DNA from: a virus
Taxonomy: Duplodnaviria; Caudoviricetes
Strand: one strand, 5' to 3'
IMG/VR virus record: IMGVR_UViG_3300037484_000250
Coordinates: 1-64,000 of that record
Length of the DNA: 64,000 nt
Shown here in pieces: positions 1 to 8,419 of the stretch; within the stretch, counting starts at the first letter, position 1, and every line of letters starts with the position of its first letter. Both the position numbers and the translations under genes were made by a program. Below the pieces are notes generated by a model that made no database searches, was not told the origin of the DNA, and saw only the letters and a program-made list of their open reading frames with translations.

Positions 1-126
1 AGAAGATGGCAGGAGATATTACTAGACTCAATGAAGGTCAAGAGAAGATGGCAGGAGATATTACTAGACTCAATGAAGGTCAAGAGAAGATGGCAGGAGA
101 TATTACTAGACTCAATGAAGGTCAAG
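1..126 (+). repeat. Three perfect 42-bp tandem repeats inside a coiled-coil ORF
   Basis: AGAAGATGGCAGGAGATATTACTAGACTCAATGAAGGTCAAG at 1-42, 43-84 and 85-126; encodes (E)KMAGDITRLNEGQ, 14 aa = 2 heptads. Confidence 0.95.
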
Positions 127-266
127 AAAGGTTTGAAAAGGTACAGAAAACTATGGCAAAAGATATAAAAGCAATTAGGGATTATCAACACAAAGGGCTA
201 GATGTTGATGTGGAAAAATTAAAATGCAGAGTAAATTTGCTTGAAGAGAATCAAAAAATAAGTTGA
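6..266 (+). CDS. Coiled-coil repeat protein, probably 5'-truncated by the window edge
   Basis: ORF track; heptad repeats; followed by a terminator. Confidence 0.7.
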   Translation: MAGDITRLNEGQEKMAGDITRLNEGQEKMAGDITRLNEGQERFEKVQKTMAKDIKAIRDYQHKGLDVDVEKLKCRVNLLEENQKIS

Positions 267-275
267 ATTTTAAAT

Positions 276-315
276 AAAAAAAGAATCCCGATAATTTAGT
301 CGGGATTCTTTTTAT
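276..315. terminator. Intrinsic terminator, probably bidirectional
   Basis: AAGAATCCCGA-loop-TCGGGATTCTT flanked by A- and T-runs. Confidence 0.85.
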
Positions 316-490
316 TTCTAGCACCCAGAAAAATTTTATTGCAACTAAATGTTTGGTATTGTCCATTAGTTACAGGTCATTCGACATTATTGGGACAATT
401 ACAATCCTTCCAAAATAAGACATATAAGATTATAATGGAAGTACACCATTTTTTTGCCTTTTAAATATCTATTTTAGGAGGTATGTTTTT

Positions 491-622
491 GTGGGAAGTG
501 AAATGACTGTGTCGGAACTTCGGGCAATGTTGGAAGATCAAGGACTTATGAAGGAATTACCTTTATCGAAAGTTATGATAGATTTCATAGTTGAATTAGT
601 AAAGAAAAAAGAAAATGATTAA
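491..622 (+). CDS. Small 43-aa hypothetical protein (not in ORF track)
   Basis: AGGAGG RBS 9 nt before GTG; MGSEMTVSELRAMLEDQGLMKELPLSKVMIDFIVELVKKKEND. Confidence 0.6.
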   Translation: MGSEMTVSELRAMLEDQGLMKELPLSKVMIDFIVELVKKKEND

Positions 623-1002
623 TTTGTTTTTATTTTTTGAAGAACAGCGATATAACTTATCAAGGTATCGACTGTTTTTTTATCTATGGTATCGTTTGGT
701 TTTACGAGGCCGGACTCTCTTAATTTAATTAGTAGGTAATCGATAGCATCGTTTTCTTGCCTGAAACTTGAAACGCCCATGAGGTAGTCAACGGAAACTT
801 TGAAGTATTTAGCGATGTTACTAATCATTTCCATATTTGGTTCTCTTGACCCAACTTCCCAATGAGCCACAGCACCCTTCGAAACTCCTAGCTCTTTGGC
901 TAATTCTGGTTGTATTATATCAGATTCGTGCCGAAGGGCTCTTAAACGTTTCATGAATAATGAATTCCGATTTTCCACTGTACCAGTTCCCCCACTTTCC
1001 AT
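619..1002 (-). CDS. XRE-family HTH repressor (CI-like)
   Basis: RLRALR..QPELAKELGVSKGAVAHWEVGSREPN..IAKYFKVSVDYLMG; divergent from the early operon. Confidence 0.9.
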   Translation of the reverse strand: MESGGTGTVENRNSLFMKRLRALRHESDIIQPELAKELGVSKGAVAHWEVGSREPNMEMISNIAKYFKVSVDYLMGVSSFRQENDAIDYLLIKLRESGLVKPNDTIDKKTVDTLISYIAVLQKIKTN

Positions 1003-1116
1003 AGATTTGTAATGTATATGAGAATTCTTACATAATAGAAGAATACCTATTCGTTATTATATGACATTTAGTATCTATAGGACAAGGCTTTTATTGTAAA
1101 ATCGTATGGTAATTTA

Positions 1117-1129
1117 TTCATATTATGAC
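1117..1129. promoter_or_regulatory. Palindromic operator candidate (TCATAWTATGA), copy 1
   Basis: TTCATATTATGAC between the repressor and the Cro-like gene; same palindrome at 6342 and 63142. Confidence 0.6.
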
Positions 1130-1175
1130 TAATGATCTTACAATATGTATATTATATGGTTGAAATAGTCCATAT

Positions 1176-1508
1176 ATGGTTGATAAGTATACAGTTTGGT
1201 GGTATAATTCTATTATAGGAGGTGAACAAAAGGTGATTGATGAGCGAGAATTCAAGGCAAGAATTGAGTATGCACGTATTCTTGCTAATTACAATAAGAC
1301 GGAATTAGCTGAGAAGTTGAATATGCCAGCAAGTACATTTAGGAGAAAGATGGAAAAACCTACAAGATTAACAATAGAAGAGTTCTTTGTTTTAACTGAG
1401 GTTTTACCAAATGGTGTTTTAATATCATATTTGAAGGAAGCCATGGGTATTAGGACATTGAAAAGAATTCCTCTTGGAAAAGGTATATTAAAAAGGAAAA
1501 TAAATTAG
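1176..1508 (+). CDS. Cro-like HTH DNA-binding protein
   Basis: KTELAEKLNMPASTFRRKMEKP..LTIEE HTH; first gene of the rightward early operon. Confidence 0.7.
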   Translation: MVDKYTVWWYNSIIGGEQKVIDEREFKARIEYARILANYNKTELAEKLNMPASTFRRKMEKPTRLTIEEFFVLTEVLPNGVLISYLKEAMGIRTLKRIPLGKGILKRKIN

Positions 1509-1518
1509 GAGATGAATT

Positions 1519-2469
1519 ATGAGTGCATTAACATTAACATCTACTACTAAGATAACGATCGAACAGTGGCATGAGTTTAGAAAACTTGGAATTGGGGGAT
1601 CTGACGTATCGGCGATCGCGGGAATGAATAGATGGAAAAGCCCAATTGAAGTATGGATGGAAAAGACAGGACAGATTGATTCGCGGGAAGCTGGGGAAGC
1701 AGCGTATTGGGGAACAACACTAGAGGATGTCGTGGCCCGAGAATATGCCAAGAGATCTGGCCTTAAAGTTCAGAAGAGAAATGCAATATTGCAGCACCCA
1801 AAGCACAAATTCATGCTTGCAAATATTGATCGGATGATTCATGACAAAGATCGTGGCAAAGGAATCCTTGAGTGCAAGACGGCGGGGGAATATAAAAAAG
1901 GGGAATGGGATGATGGTCAGATACCAGAGGAATATGCGATTCAAGTTCACCATTATCTAGCTGTGACAGGGTTGAAGTTTGCTAGAATTGCAGTATTGAT
2001 TGGAGGGAACAAATTTGAAATTCGCGACATTGAGCGAGACGATGAAATCATTGATTATCTATATAAGATTGAGAGTGATTTTTGGCAGTTAGTAACTCAA
2101 GGTACTCCCCCGCCAATGGATGGATCGGCATCGGCTACGGAACTTCTTAAAGTCATGTATCCAAATTCAAATAATTCATCGATAGATTTGCCTATTGATA
2201 CCGAAGAAATGGTGACAAAGTTTAGACAGCTTCAAGAGATGGAGAAGGAAATAGGTATTAAGAAAGATGAGATGGCTAATAAAATAAAGGAATTAATGGG
2301 TGAAAATGAAACGGGATATACCAAAAATTTCAAAGTAGGATGGAAATCTGTGACTAGCAAAAGATTTGATCCGACTAGATTTAAAGGTAGTTATCCGGCA
2401 TTATATAGTGAATTTTCTAATGAGAGTAAATCTAGAAGATTTACGGTTACTGAAAACAAAGCAAAATAA
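1519..2469 (+). CDS. yqaJ: YqaJ-like viral recombinase (lambda-exonuclease family)
   Basis: WHEFRKLGIGGSD, YWGTTLE, ANIDR, LECKT, QVHHYLAVTG motifs; adjacent to recT. Confidence 0.92.
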   Translation: MSALTLTSTTKITIEQWHEFRKLGIGGSDVSAIAGMNRWKSPIEVWMEKTGQIDSREAGEAAYWGTTLEDVVAREYAKRSGLKVQKRNAILQHPKHKFMLANIDRMIHDKDRGKGILECKTAGEYKKGEWDDGQIPEEYAIQVHHYLAVTGLKFARIAVLIGGNKFEIRDIERDDEIIDYLYKIESDFWQLVTQGTPPPMDGSASATELLKVMYPNSNNSSIDLPIDTEEMVTKFRQLQEMEKEIGIKKDEMANKIKELMGENETGYTKNFKVGWKSVTSKRFDPTRFKGSYPALYSEFSNESKSRRFTVTENKAK

Positions 2470-2489
2470 AATATTTGGGGGATATGATA

Positions 2490-3422
2490 ATGGCAAATTT
2501 AAAAGACAAATTGGCATGTAAGGCTAATGGGGTAGATTTACCTAAGAAAGAACCGAAAGCTACGTTCAGTAATTTTTTAGCTCAAGACGGAGTAAAGGCA
2601 AAAATTAACCAGATCGTCGGCGGAAAAGATGGTCAAAGATTCATGACAGCGATCTTATCAGCAGTATCCACTAACCCGGCACTCGTTGATTGTGACCATG
2701 GGACGATTCTGAGTTGTGCTTTACTTGGAGAGAGTCTTAAACTTTCGCCAAGCCCGCAACTAGGACAATATTATATGGTTCCATTTGATGATAACAAATT
2801 GGGGCGCAAAGTTTGTACCTTTATAATTGGCTACCGTGGTCTGATCCAGTTAGCAATTAGAAGTGGATATTACAGGAAAATCAATGTTATTTCAATCAAA
2901 GAAGGAGAACTGCAGAATTTTGATCCATTGAATGAAGTAATAGATTGCATCCTTATAGATGACGAGGAAAAAAGAGAAAGAGCAAAAACAGTTGGTTACT
3001 ATGCCATGTTTGAATACATGAATGGATTCAGGAAAGCAATATATTGGAACAAAAATAAAATGGAGTCTCATGCATTGCAGTATTCAGCAGGATACCGAGC
3101 CGATGTAAAGAAGGGAAATTCTTACACCTTTTGGAGTAAAGATTTTGATGGGATGGCACATAAGACCATGCTGAGACAGATTATTTCTAAGTGGGGAATT
3201 ATGTCCATCGAATTACAAACTGCCTATGAGAAGGACATGGGAACAATAAGGGAAGATGGCACTATAGATTTTGTGGATAATGATGATAGTGTCATGGACA
3301 TCAATATTTACGCTGATAATGCAAATGAGCAACACGAGATAGAGAACGCAGAGACAGAGAACCCCGAGACAGAGAATACCACAATTGAGAATATCGGAAC
3401 TGATGAGCAGCCATCAACTTAA
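2490..3422 (+). CDS. recT: RecT-family single-strand annealing protein
   Basis: LSPSPQLGQYYMVPF, IIGYRGLIQLAIRSG, W..DFDGMAHKTMLRQ motifs; ORF track start 2475. Confidence 0.92.
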   Translation: MANLKDKLACKANGVDLPKKEPKATFSNFLAQDGVKAKINQIVGGKDGQRFMTAILSAVSTNPALVDCDHGTILSCALLGESLKLSPSPQLGQYYMVPFDDNKLGRKVCTFIIGYRGLIQLAIRSGYYRKINVISIKEGELQNFDPLNEVIDCILIDDEEKRERAKTVGYYAMFEYMNGFRKAIYWNKNKMESHALQYSAGYRADVKKGNSYTFWSKDFDGMAHKTMLRQIISKWGIMSIELQTAYEKDMGTIREDGTIDFVDNDDSVMDINIYADNANEQHEIENAETENPETENTTIENIGTDEQPST

Positions 3423-3478
3423 GAAGACATAACAAAGGGTCGGTTTAATAACTGATCCTTTGCCCGGAGGTAGCATAA

Positions 3479-4183
3479 ATGATAGGCATCTACAGAATTA
3501 CTAATAAATTGAATGGGAAATGTTATATTGGACAAAGCGTTAATATAAAGAGAAGATGGATAGAGCATAGATTAATCCATAGAAATCATGATGCTCCTAC
3601 ATTAAAACGAGCTTTTAAAAAATATGGAATTGAAAATTTTGATTTTAAAATCTTAGAATTATGTGAAGTTGATAAATTGTATGATAGGGAAATTTACTGG
3701 ATTGAGAAATTAAGCCCAAAATATAATAGAAATCTAGGAGGTAAGGGAAGTTTTGGTCATATGGTGTCTTTTGAATCCAGAGAAATAATAAGGGAAAAAG
3801 CCAAAGAACAATGGCGTAATCGATCTGCAGAAGACAAACAAAATGTATTAAAAAATAACCTTACTGGCCCACGGATCGGTCATGAAGTAAGTGCGGAAAC
3901 AAGAGAAAAGCTTCGTTTGTCTAATATCGGCAAGAAACAAAGCGAAGAGACAATTGAAAAAAGAAGAAATTCATTCAAGGAAAAAGTAGCCTCAGGTTGG
4001 CAGAAAAAAGGAGTTCTAAATGCTGGTAGACCTAGAAAGAAGGTCTATTGCATTGAATTAGATATGGAATTTGATAGTTTAAGGGATGCCGATAAACATA
4101 TTGGCGCTTATAGGGGATGTGTTCAGGCACATATAGTCGGTAGAAGAAAACATGCTATGGGTTATCATTTCAAGACCTGTTGA
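3479..4183 (+). CDS. GIY-YIG homing endonuclease with NUMOD3-like DNA-binding repeats
   Basis: N-terminal GIYRITNKLNGKCYIGQS..RRW..H; SAETREKLR and SEETIEKRR repeats. Confidence 0.9.
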   Translation: MIGIYRITNKLNGKCYIGQSVNIKRRWIEHRLIHRNHDAPTLKRAFKKYGIENFDFKILELCEVDKLYDREIYWIEKLSPKYNRNLGGKGSFGHMVSFESREIIREKAKEQWRNRSAEDKQNVLKNNLTGPRIGHEVSAETREKLRLSNIGKKQSEETIEKRRNSFKEKVASGWQKKGVLNAGRPRKKVYCIELDMEFDSLRDADKHIGAYRGCVQAHIVGRRKHAMGYHFKTC

Positions 4184-4254
4184 GAAAATATCCCAACAGG
4201 TCTTTATAAAAATGATATAATGGTACAAGCATAATTAAAGGAGAGATTTACAAA

Positions 4255-4635
4255 ATGAAAGATATGAAGATCGAAATGAAAGGCTCAAATTCGAAGGTAT
4301 GGAAAGATACAACGCTGCAGAATTTCTACGATGTGTTAAAAATAACGAGATCAATTATTAAGGATAGGGAAATGATGGGACGAGGGGAAACGGAATATAT
4401 TGCTAGTGATTTATTCCAAGAATATACTGATATTAAAGCATCGTGGAGCATTGCTACTGGAAAAATTATATCGACACCAGTGTTAGAATTCAGGTTGGCA
4501 GAAGGAGTTATATGTCCTAAATGTGGCGTAAAATTCGTTAAGAAATATGGTTCATTAAGTAGGAGGGATAACAAGGTTTATATATGTTCGGTGTGTGGGA
4601 CTTTAGAAGCATATGAGGATATGACTAATAGATAA
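4255..4635 (+). CDS. Hypothetical protein with C-terminal zinc ribbon
   Basis: CPKC...LSRRDNKVYICSVCG; GGAGA RBS. Confidence 0.7.
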   Translation: MKDMKIEMKGSNSKVWKDTTLQNFYDVLKITRSIIKDREMMGRGETEYIASDLFQEYTDIKASWSIATGKIISTPVLEFRLAEGVICPKCGVKFVKKYGSLSRRDNKVYICSVCGTLEAYEDMTNR

Positions 4636-4661
4636 ATAGAGAGAAGGTTAGCGTCAGGGAA

Positions 4662-4925
4662 ATGGCTAATCCCCAGACGCTAACCTTTGAGAATTGGAGG
4701 ATTTTGCAAATGGAAGTATCAATAAATATTATACTTCAAGAAATCCAAATTAGAATTGATAAACTAAGACAATTTGAAATGGAAACGGAAAGAAAAAGAG
4801 CAGTAAAATTACATAGGACAACTAAAATTCGTCGTAAAGAATATGAATCGTTTAAAAATTGGATCGAAGCTCAAATGACAAATGATCCTAATATTGAACA
4901 GATAGGGAGTAAGTTTGTCTTATGA
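4662..4925 (+). CDS. Hypothetical protein
   Basis: ORF track; tightly packed in the operon. Confidence 0.6.
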   Translation: MANPQTLTFENWRILQMEVSINIILQEIQIRIDKLRQFEMETERKRAVKLHRTTKIRRKEYESFKNWIEAQMTNDPNIEQIGSKFVL

Positions 4926-5428
4926 ATGATATTGACAGGCCAAAACAGTGGATCATCTTAGGAAAGAAACAATTGAGGAAATCATTATTTAACCAGATTG
5001 AAAATATACCGCACTTTTTAAAACCAAAGGGAGGTCTTTGGATCTCGCCATATACACCGCAACGTAGATATAAAAGTGATTGGGAAAGATGGTGTACAGA
5101 GGAAAGTTTTGGTGATTATAATTGCGGGGTATTATTGACCCTCCCTAATAATATGAGGGTGTACATAATAGATTCGCAGAAGGATCTAATGGAATTCATA
5201 CTTGAAGTTGGCGTAAATAAAGACATAGAAGAATGGTTTACGATATGGAAAATACCGGATTACGAAAAGGCAGCAGAGAAATATGACCTTATTTATTTAA
5301 CGGAAAAAGGTGAAAGGGAAACTAGATTACCTTGGAAGAATAGAAAATATTCATTGTACGGCTGGGATTGTGGCAGCGGCATTTTGCTAAATTATAGAAT
5401 AAAATCCCAAAGACCAATAAAGTTTTAG
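4922..5428 (+). CDS. Hypothetical phage protein
   Basis: ATGA overlap with the previous stop; KPKGGLWISP...YGWDC motifs; function unknown. Confidence 0.7.
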   Translation: MNDIDRPKQWIILGKKQLRKSLFNQIENIPHFLKPKGGLWISPYTPQRRYKSDWERWCTEESFGDYNCGVLLTLPNNMRVYIIDSQKDLMEFILEVGVNKDIEEWFTIWKIPDYEKAAEKYDLIYLTEKGERETRLPWKNRKYSLYGWDCGSGILLNYRIKSQRPIKF

Positions 5429-5432
5429 ACCA

Positions 5433-6248
5433 TCAAATTGCCTTTTCTTGAAGGATAAAGTTAATTTCAAATTGATTTTCTTGCCCTTCGACGAACAATG
5501 ATATCCTAGTTAATAGGGCTATTACTTGTTCGGAAGAATATGTATTTCTGACCGCCATCCTGAGAAGTTCAATCTCAGGATTTTTAACTTCTACGAGTGT
5601 GATTTGGTTAGGTGGTATTTCTTCTTGGTACATTTCAGAGATAGCTATTTCATTTTTTGATTCTTGAGATTCGCCATTTGTCTTTACTTCCCTAGACTTA
5701 TATTTCCTCTTTGGTTTATCGGAGTCTTTTTTGGATGATTTAGGAGAATCGTTCTTTATTCTTTTTTGTTCTGCTTGATTTTGCCTGTGCTCAGTGAAAC
5801 CACGTAGGATCTCTAGTGCTGGTTCTCCGACTACTATTGTCTTGCCTGATCTTGCAACTTGAAAATGCCAAGATAGTTCTGAAATTTGGGCAGAAGAACA
5901 CCCGAAACCTTTGTACATTTCTGCGGTTGTGTGAAGAGTCCTTATCCGAGCATAAATTTTTTGACCATCGTCAAAAGGTAAATCTTTGAGTTGTTCAATT
6001 GAGATCCATTCGCCGTTCTCGATTTTGTCCATCCATTCCATTAAGATCATTCCCTTCAATGATGTTACGAAGCATGGGCCAGCACCCAATATGAGTCGTC
6101 TTTGAAATTTATCTGGTTCTTGCTCAGAGGGCATTTTGACGGACTCATGTTTCCTTAGTCTAGCAGCTCTACCGTGAATTCCATTTCCGGTTCTTTTCTT
6201 TTCCCTGACATCTTGGTTAAAAATCCATTCGACGTTCTCCTCATACAT
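5433..6248 (-). CDS. Hypothetical protein (271 aa)
   Basis: Long ORF; operator-like palindrome upstream at 6342. Confidence 0.7.
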   Translation of the reverse strand: MYEENVEWIFNQDVREKKRTGNGIHGRAARLRKHESVKMPSEQEPDKFQRRLILGAGPCFVTSLKGMILMEWMDKIENGEWISIEQLKDLPFDDGQKIYARIRTLHTTAEMYKGFGCSSAQISELSWHFQVARSGKTIVVGEPALEILRGFTEHRQNQAEQKRIKNDSPKSSKKDSDKPKRKYKSREVKTNGESQESKNEIAISEMYQEEIPPNQITLVEVKNPEIELLRMAVRNTYSSEQVIALLTRISLFVEGQENQFEINFILQEKAI

Positions 6249-6341
6249 TGTGTAATCACGTCCAGTCTAACGAATTTGTCATATTAGGTTCTCAATTCTC
6301 AATATAACTCAAAATATCTAGCTTGTCTACAAAGTGTGTCC

Positions 6342-6354
6342 GTCATAATATGAC
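6342..6354. promoter_or_regulatory. Palindromic operator candidate, copy 2
   Basis: Perfect palindrome GTCATAATATGAC upstream of 5433..6248. Confidence 0.6.
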
Positions 6355-6386
6355 AAATTTTTCAGAGTTAATTCTAAGCCCAAGAA

Positions 6387-6788
6387 TCAACTCTGAATTT
6401 TATTTGAATGCTCATTAATAATTGATACTATTTTTTCGAAAGTGTATTCGTGATTGACCATATTTACAGTGAAATCTTTGACTAGTTTATTATCCATTTT
6501 GAATAAATAACCATTGTATCTAAGAAACATAACCATGGATATAAATGCAGTTCTTTTGTTAGCATTTTGAAAAGCATGATTTTGGCCTAATGATTCAAAT
6601 ATAGCAGCAGATTTTTCCATAATCGTGGGATAGGCATCTTCCCCAAAAGCAGATTGTTGTGGACGGTAAACTGCAGATTCTAGAAGCGAATGGTTAAGGA
6701 TGCCTATTTGTTCCCCGGGACTTCTTTCTTTTATTTCATTGATGTTAATCATAATAATTTCGTTCACAGTTAAATAATGAATAGTCAT
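6387..6788 (-). CDS. doc: Fic/Doc (death-on-curing) family toxin
   Basis: LLESAVYRPQQS..GEDAYPT..EK.AA; Fic motif NHAFQNANKRT. Confidence 0.9.
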   Translation of the reverse strand: MTIHYLTVNEIIMININEIKERSPGEQIGILNHSLLESAVYRPQQSAFGEDAYPTIMEKSAAIFESLGQNHAFQNANKRTAFISMVMFLRYNGYLFKMDNKLVKDFTVNMVNHEYTFEKIVSIINEHSNKIQS

Positions 6789-7043
6789 TTAATTATCTTT
6801 CAATTCATTTAATGCTTGGTCATATTCTTCCGATATTTCTTTAAGGATAGTAAAAAATTCAGGACAGATCCCTTGTGGTAATGTCACGTATGGTATTTTC
6901 TTGATAATAATCTCATCCCCTCTGACATTAATTTTTACTGAATCACCAAGATTAATATTGAGTGATTTTAATGATTCTGTCATAGTCACACCCAAACTAT
7001 TGCCCATCTTTGATACTTTTCTTTCCAGTTCCTTAACGCTCAT
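6789..7043 (-). CDS. AbrB/MazE-type antitoxin of the Doc pair
   Basis: RKVSKMGNSLGVTM swapped-hairpin motif; YDQALNELKD C-terminus; directly upstream of doc. Confidence 0.88.
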   Translation of the reverse strand: MSVKELERKVSKMGNSLGVTMTESLKSLNINLGDSVKINVRGDEIIIKKIPYVTLPQGICPEFFTILKEISEEYDQALNELKDN

Positions 7044-7199
7044 AGTGTTAATCCTCCTTTTTAAAATTATATTAATATACTAATGTCATAACATAATTAT
7101 AGCAGTATTTCTGAAAAATGTAAATGGAAAATATAATCATGATTTAATCCATATGCTATAATTGGGACAAGTTCAATAAAAATGAGAGGAAGGATTTTT

Positions 7200-7403
7200 A
7201 TGGCTTTGACGTTGTGGGCTGGAAAAGGAATATGGGAAGGTTGGCAAATAAGAAAGCACTATGAATCTTGTAAATTTGGGGAATCAGTTTTGGTTGATCC
7301 AGATGGAGTTCCCTATGGCCCGAATGATATCCTTGAATTACGCAAGTTTAAAATATTCAGAGAAGAAGTTCTTGAGCAAAGAAATAAAAAGAATATTTAT
7401 TAG
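7200..7403 (+). CDS. Small phage hypothetical protein
   Basis: GAAGGA RBS; WEGWQI..LVDPDGVPYGPNDI; ORF track start 7182. Confidence 0.6.
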   Translation: MALTLWAGKGIWEGWQIRKHYESCKFGESVLVDPDGVPYGPNDILELRKFKIFREEVLEQRNKKNIY

Positions 7404-7407
7404 TTAG

Positions 7408-7668
7408 CTGAATATTCTTACTGCATCTTAAGATCTTAAGATGATATATATAAAGGATCTTAAGATGATATATATAAAAGATGATATATATAAAAGATGA
7501 CGAAGCATACAAAGTGTAAAAATATTACATAAGTCATGGATGTTCCTTGCAGAAAAATCTTCCAAATTGTATACTAATTCTTTTACTTATTTATATAAAG
7601 GATCTTAAGATGATATATATATAAGATCTTATATATAAAGGATGATATATTGCAGTAAGAATATTCAG
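7408..7668. repeat. AT-rich element with 18-bp perfect terminal inverted repeats and internal direct repeats
   Basis: CTGAATATTCTTACTGCA (7408-7425) / TGCAGTAAGAATATTCAG (7651-7668); repeated AGATGATATATATAAA and AAGGATCTTAAGATG inside. Confidence 0.8.
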
Positions 7669-7776
7669 TTAATTTTAAGATTAAATATTCCTAATAATAT
7701 TTATTATTGTAATTAGGACAAGCATAGGATATAATTTCCTCTAGTAGTGTAGCATTTTAATTAGGGGGAATTTGTA

Positions 7777-7971
7777 GTGGGTGAGTTTAAGAAAACAAGT
7801 TTTATGATCGATATGGATAGTAAGGAAGGAATAAAATTTCTCTCATTAGTTACAAAGAAGGATTTAGGGGAGCTAATGAATGAAGCTATTTATGAGTATC
7901 TGGATAAAACAGAAAATAAAGACATAATCAATAAAAAATTGATCCAGAAACTTGCATCCCAAAACAAATAA
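7777..7971 (+). CDS. Ribbon-helix-helix (CopG/ParG-like) DNA-binding protein
   Basis: KKTSFMID..SKEGIKFLSLVTKKDLGELMNEAIYEYL beta-alpha-alpha pattern; GGGGGA RBS with GTG start. Confidence 0.65.
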   Translation: MGEFKKTSFMIDMDSKEGIKFLSLVTKKDLGELMNEAIYEYLDKTENKDIINKKLIQKLASQNK

Positions 7972-8057
7972 CCATATAGGTTATATCGCGTGAATATAAC
8001 TCATATGGTTATATTTTACTTTTTCTGGATAAATATGGTAGTAATAGATTAAAAAAA

Positions 8058-8234
8058 TTATGGGTAATAGTTTGAACAGCGCAAACAAACTTCCTCATCG
8101 TATTCCTCAAGATAGCATTTCTTATCGTCGGTATATTTGCAGGGGAGATATTCAGTTTCAGAATTTTTTCCAGTGAGGCAGTCGGGAGATCCACAACCGA
8201 ATGGGTATTCTTCGCATCCTGTGCATTCTATCAT
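8058..8234 (-). CDS. 58-aa Cys-rich protein (not in ORF track), divergent from array 1
   Basis: RBS AAGGGAG then MIECTGCEEYPFGCGSPDCLTGKNSETEYLPCKYTDDKKCYLEEYDEEVCLRCSNYYP. Confidence 0.7.
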   Translation of the reverse strand: MIECTGCEEYPFGCGSPDCLTGKNSETEYLPCKYTDDKKCYLEEYDEEVCLRCSNYYP

Positions 8235-8256
8235 TAATTTATTATCAACTCCCTTA

Positions 8257-8265
8257 TGATATAAT
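8257..8265 (+). promoter_or_regulatory. Extended -10 promoter candidate for array 1
   Basis: TGATATAAT (TGnTATAAT) about 50 nt upstream of the first edge repeat. Confidence 0.55.
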
Positions 8266-8313
8266 GAATATAGGACAAGTATAGGCCGAAGAAATTGAAT
8301 TAAGCAATACCTT

Positions 8314-8419
8314 GAAGCGAATCAATGACAAAAGAATAGCACCATGTAGCCAGAGTGAGCCAATCTTCATGAATTAAAACAATATACAAGAGCGAACCAA
8401 TCACGGGAAGATGCCCATA
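8314..8419 (+). repeat. TIGR-like dual-repeat array 1, leader-proximal segment (about 3 units)
   Basis: AGCGAATCA / AGTGAGCCA / AGCGAACCA edge repeats at 36-38 nt spacing with an intervening loop repeat ending in CCA/ACA. Confidence 0.85.

Noticed and set aside
5433-6248. Candidate Tas/Nop protein near array 1
   Set aside because: No recognisable Nop/IS110-like motifs by eye; a profile or structure search is still needed.
8009-8194. 61-aa ORF from the track
   Set aside because: An overlapping frame (8058-8234) has a clear RBS/ATG and coherent Cys motifs, so it is the more likely gene.
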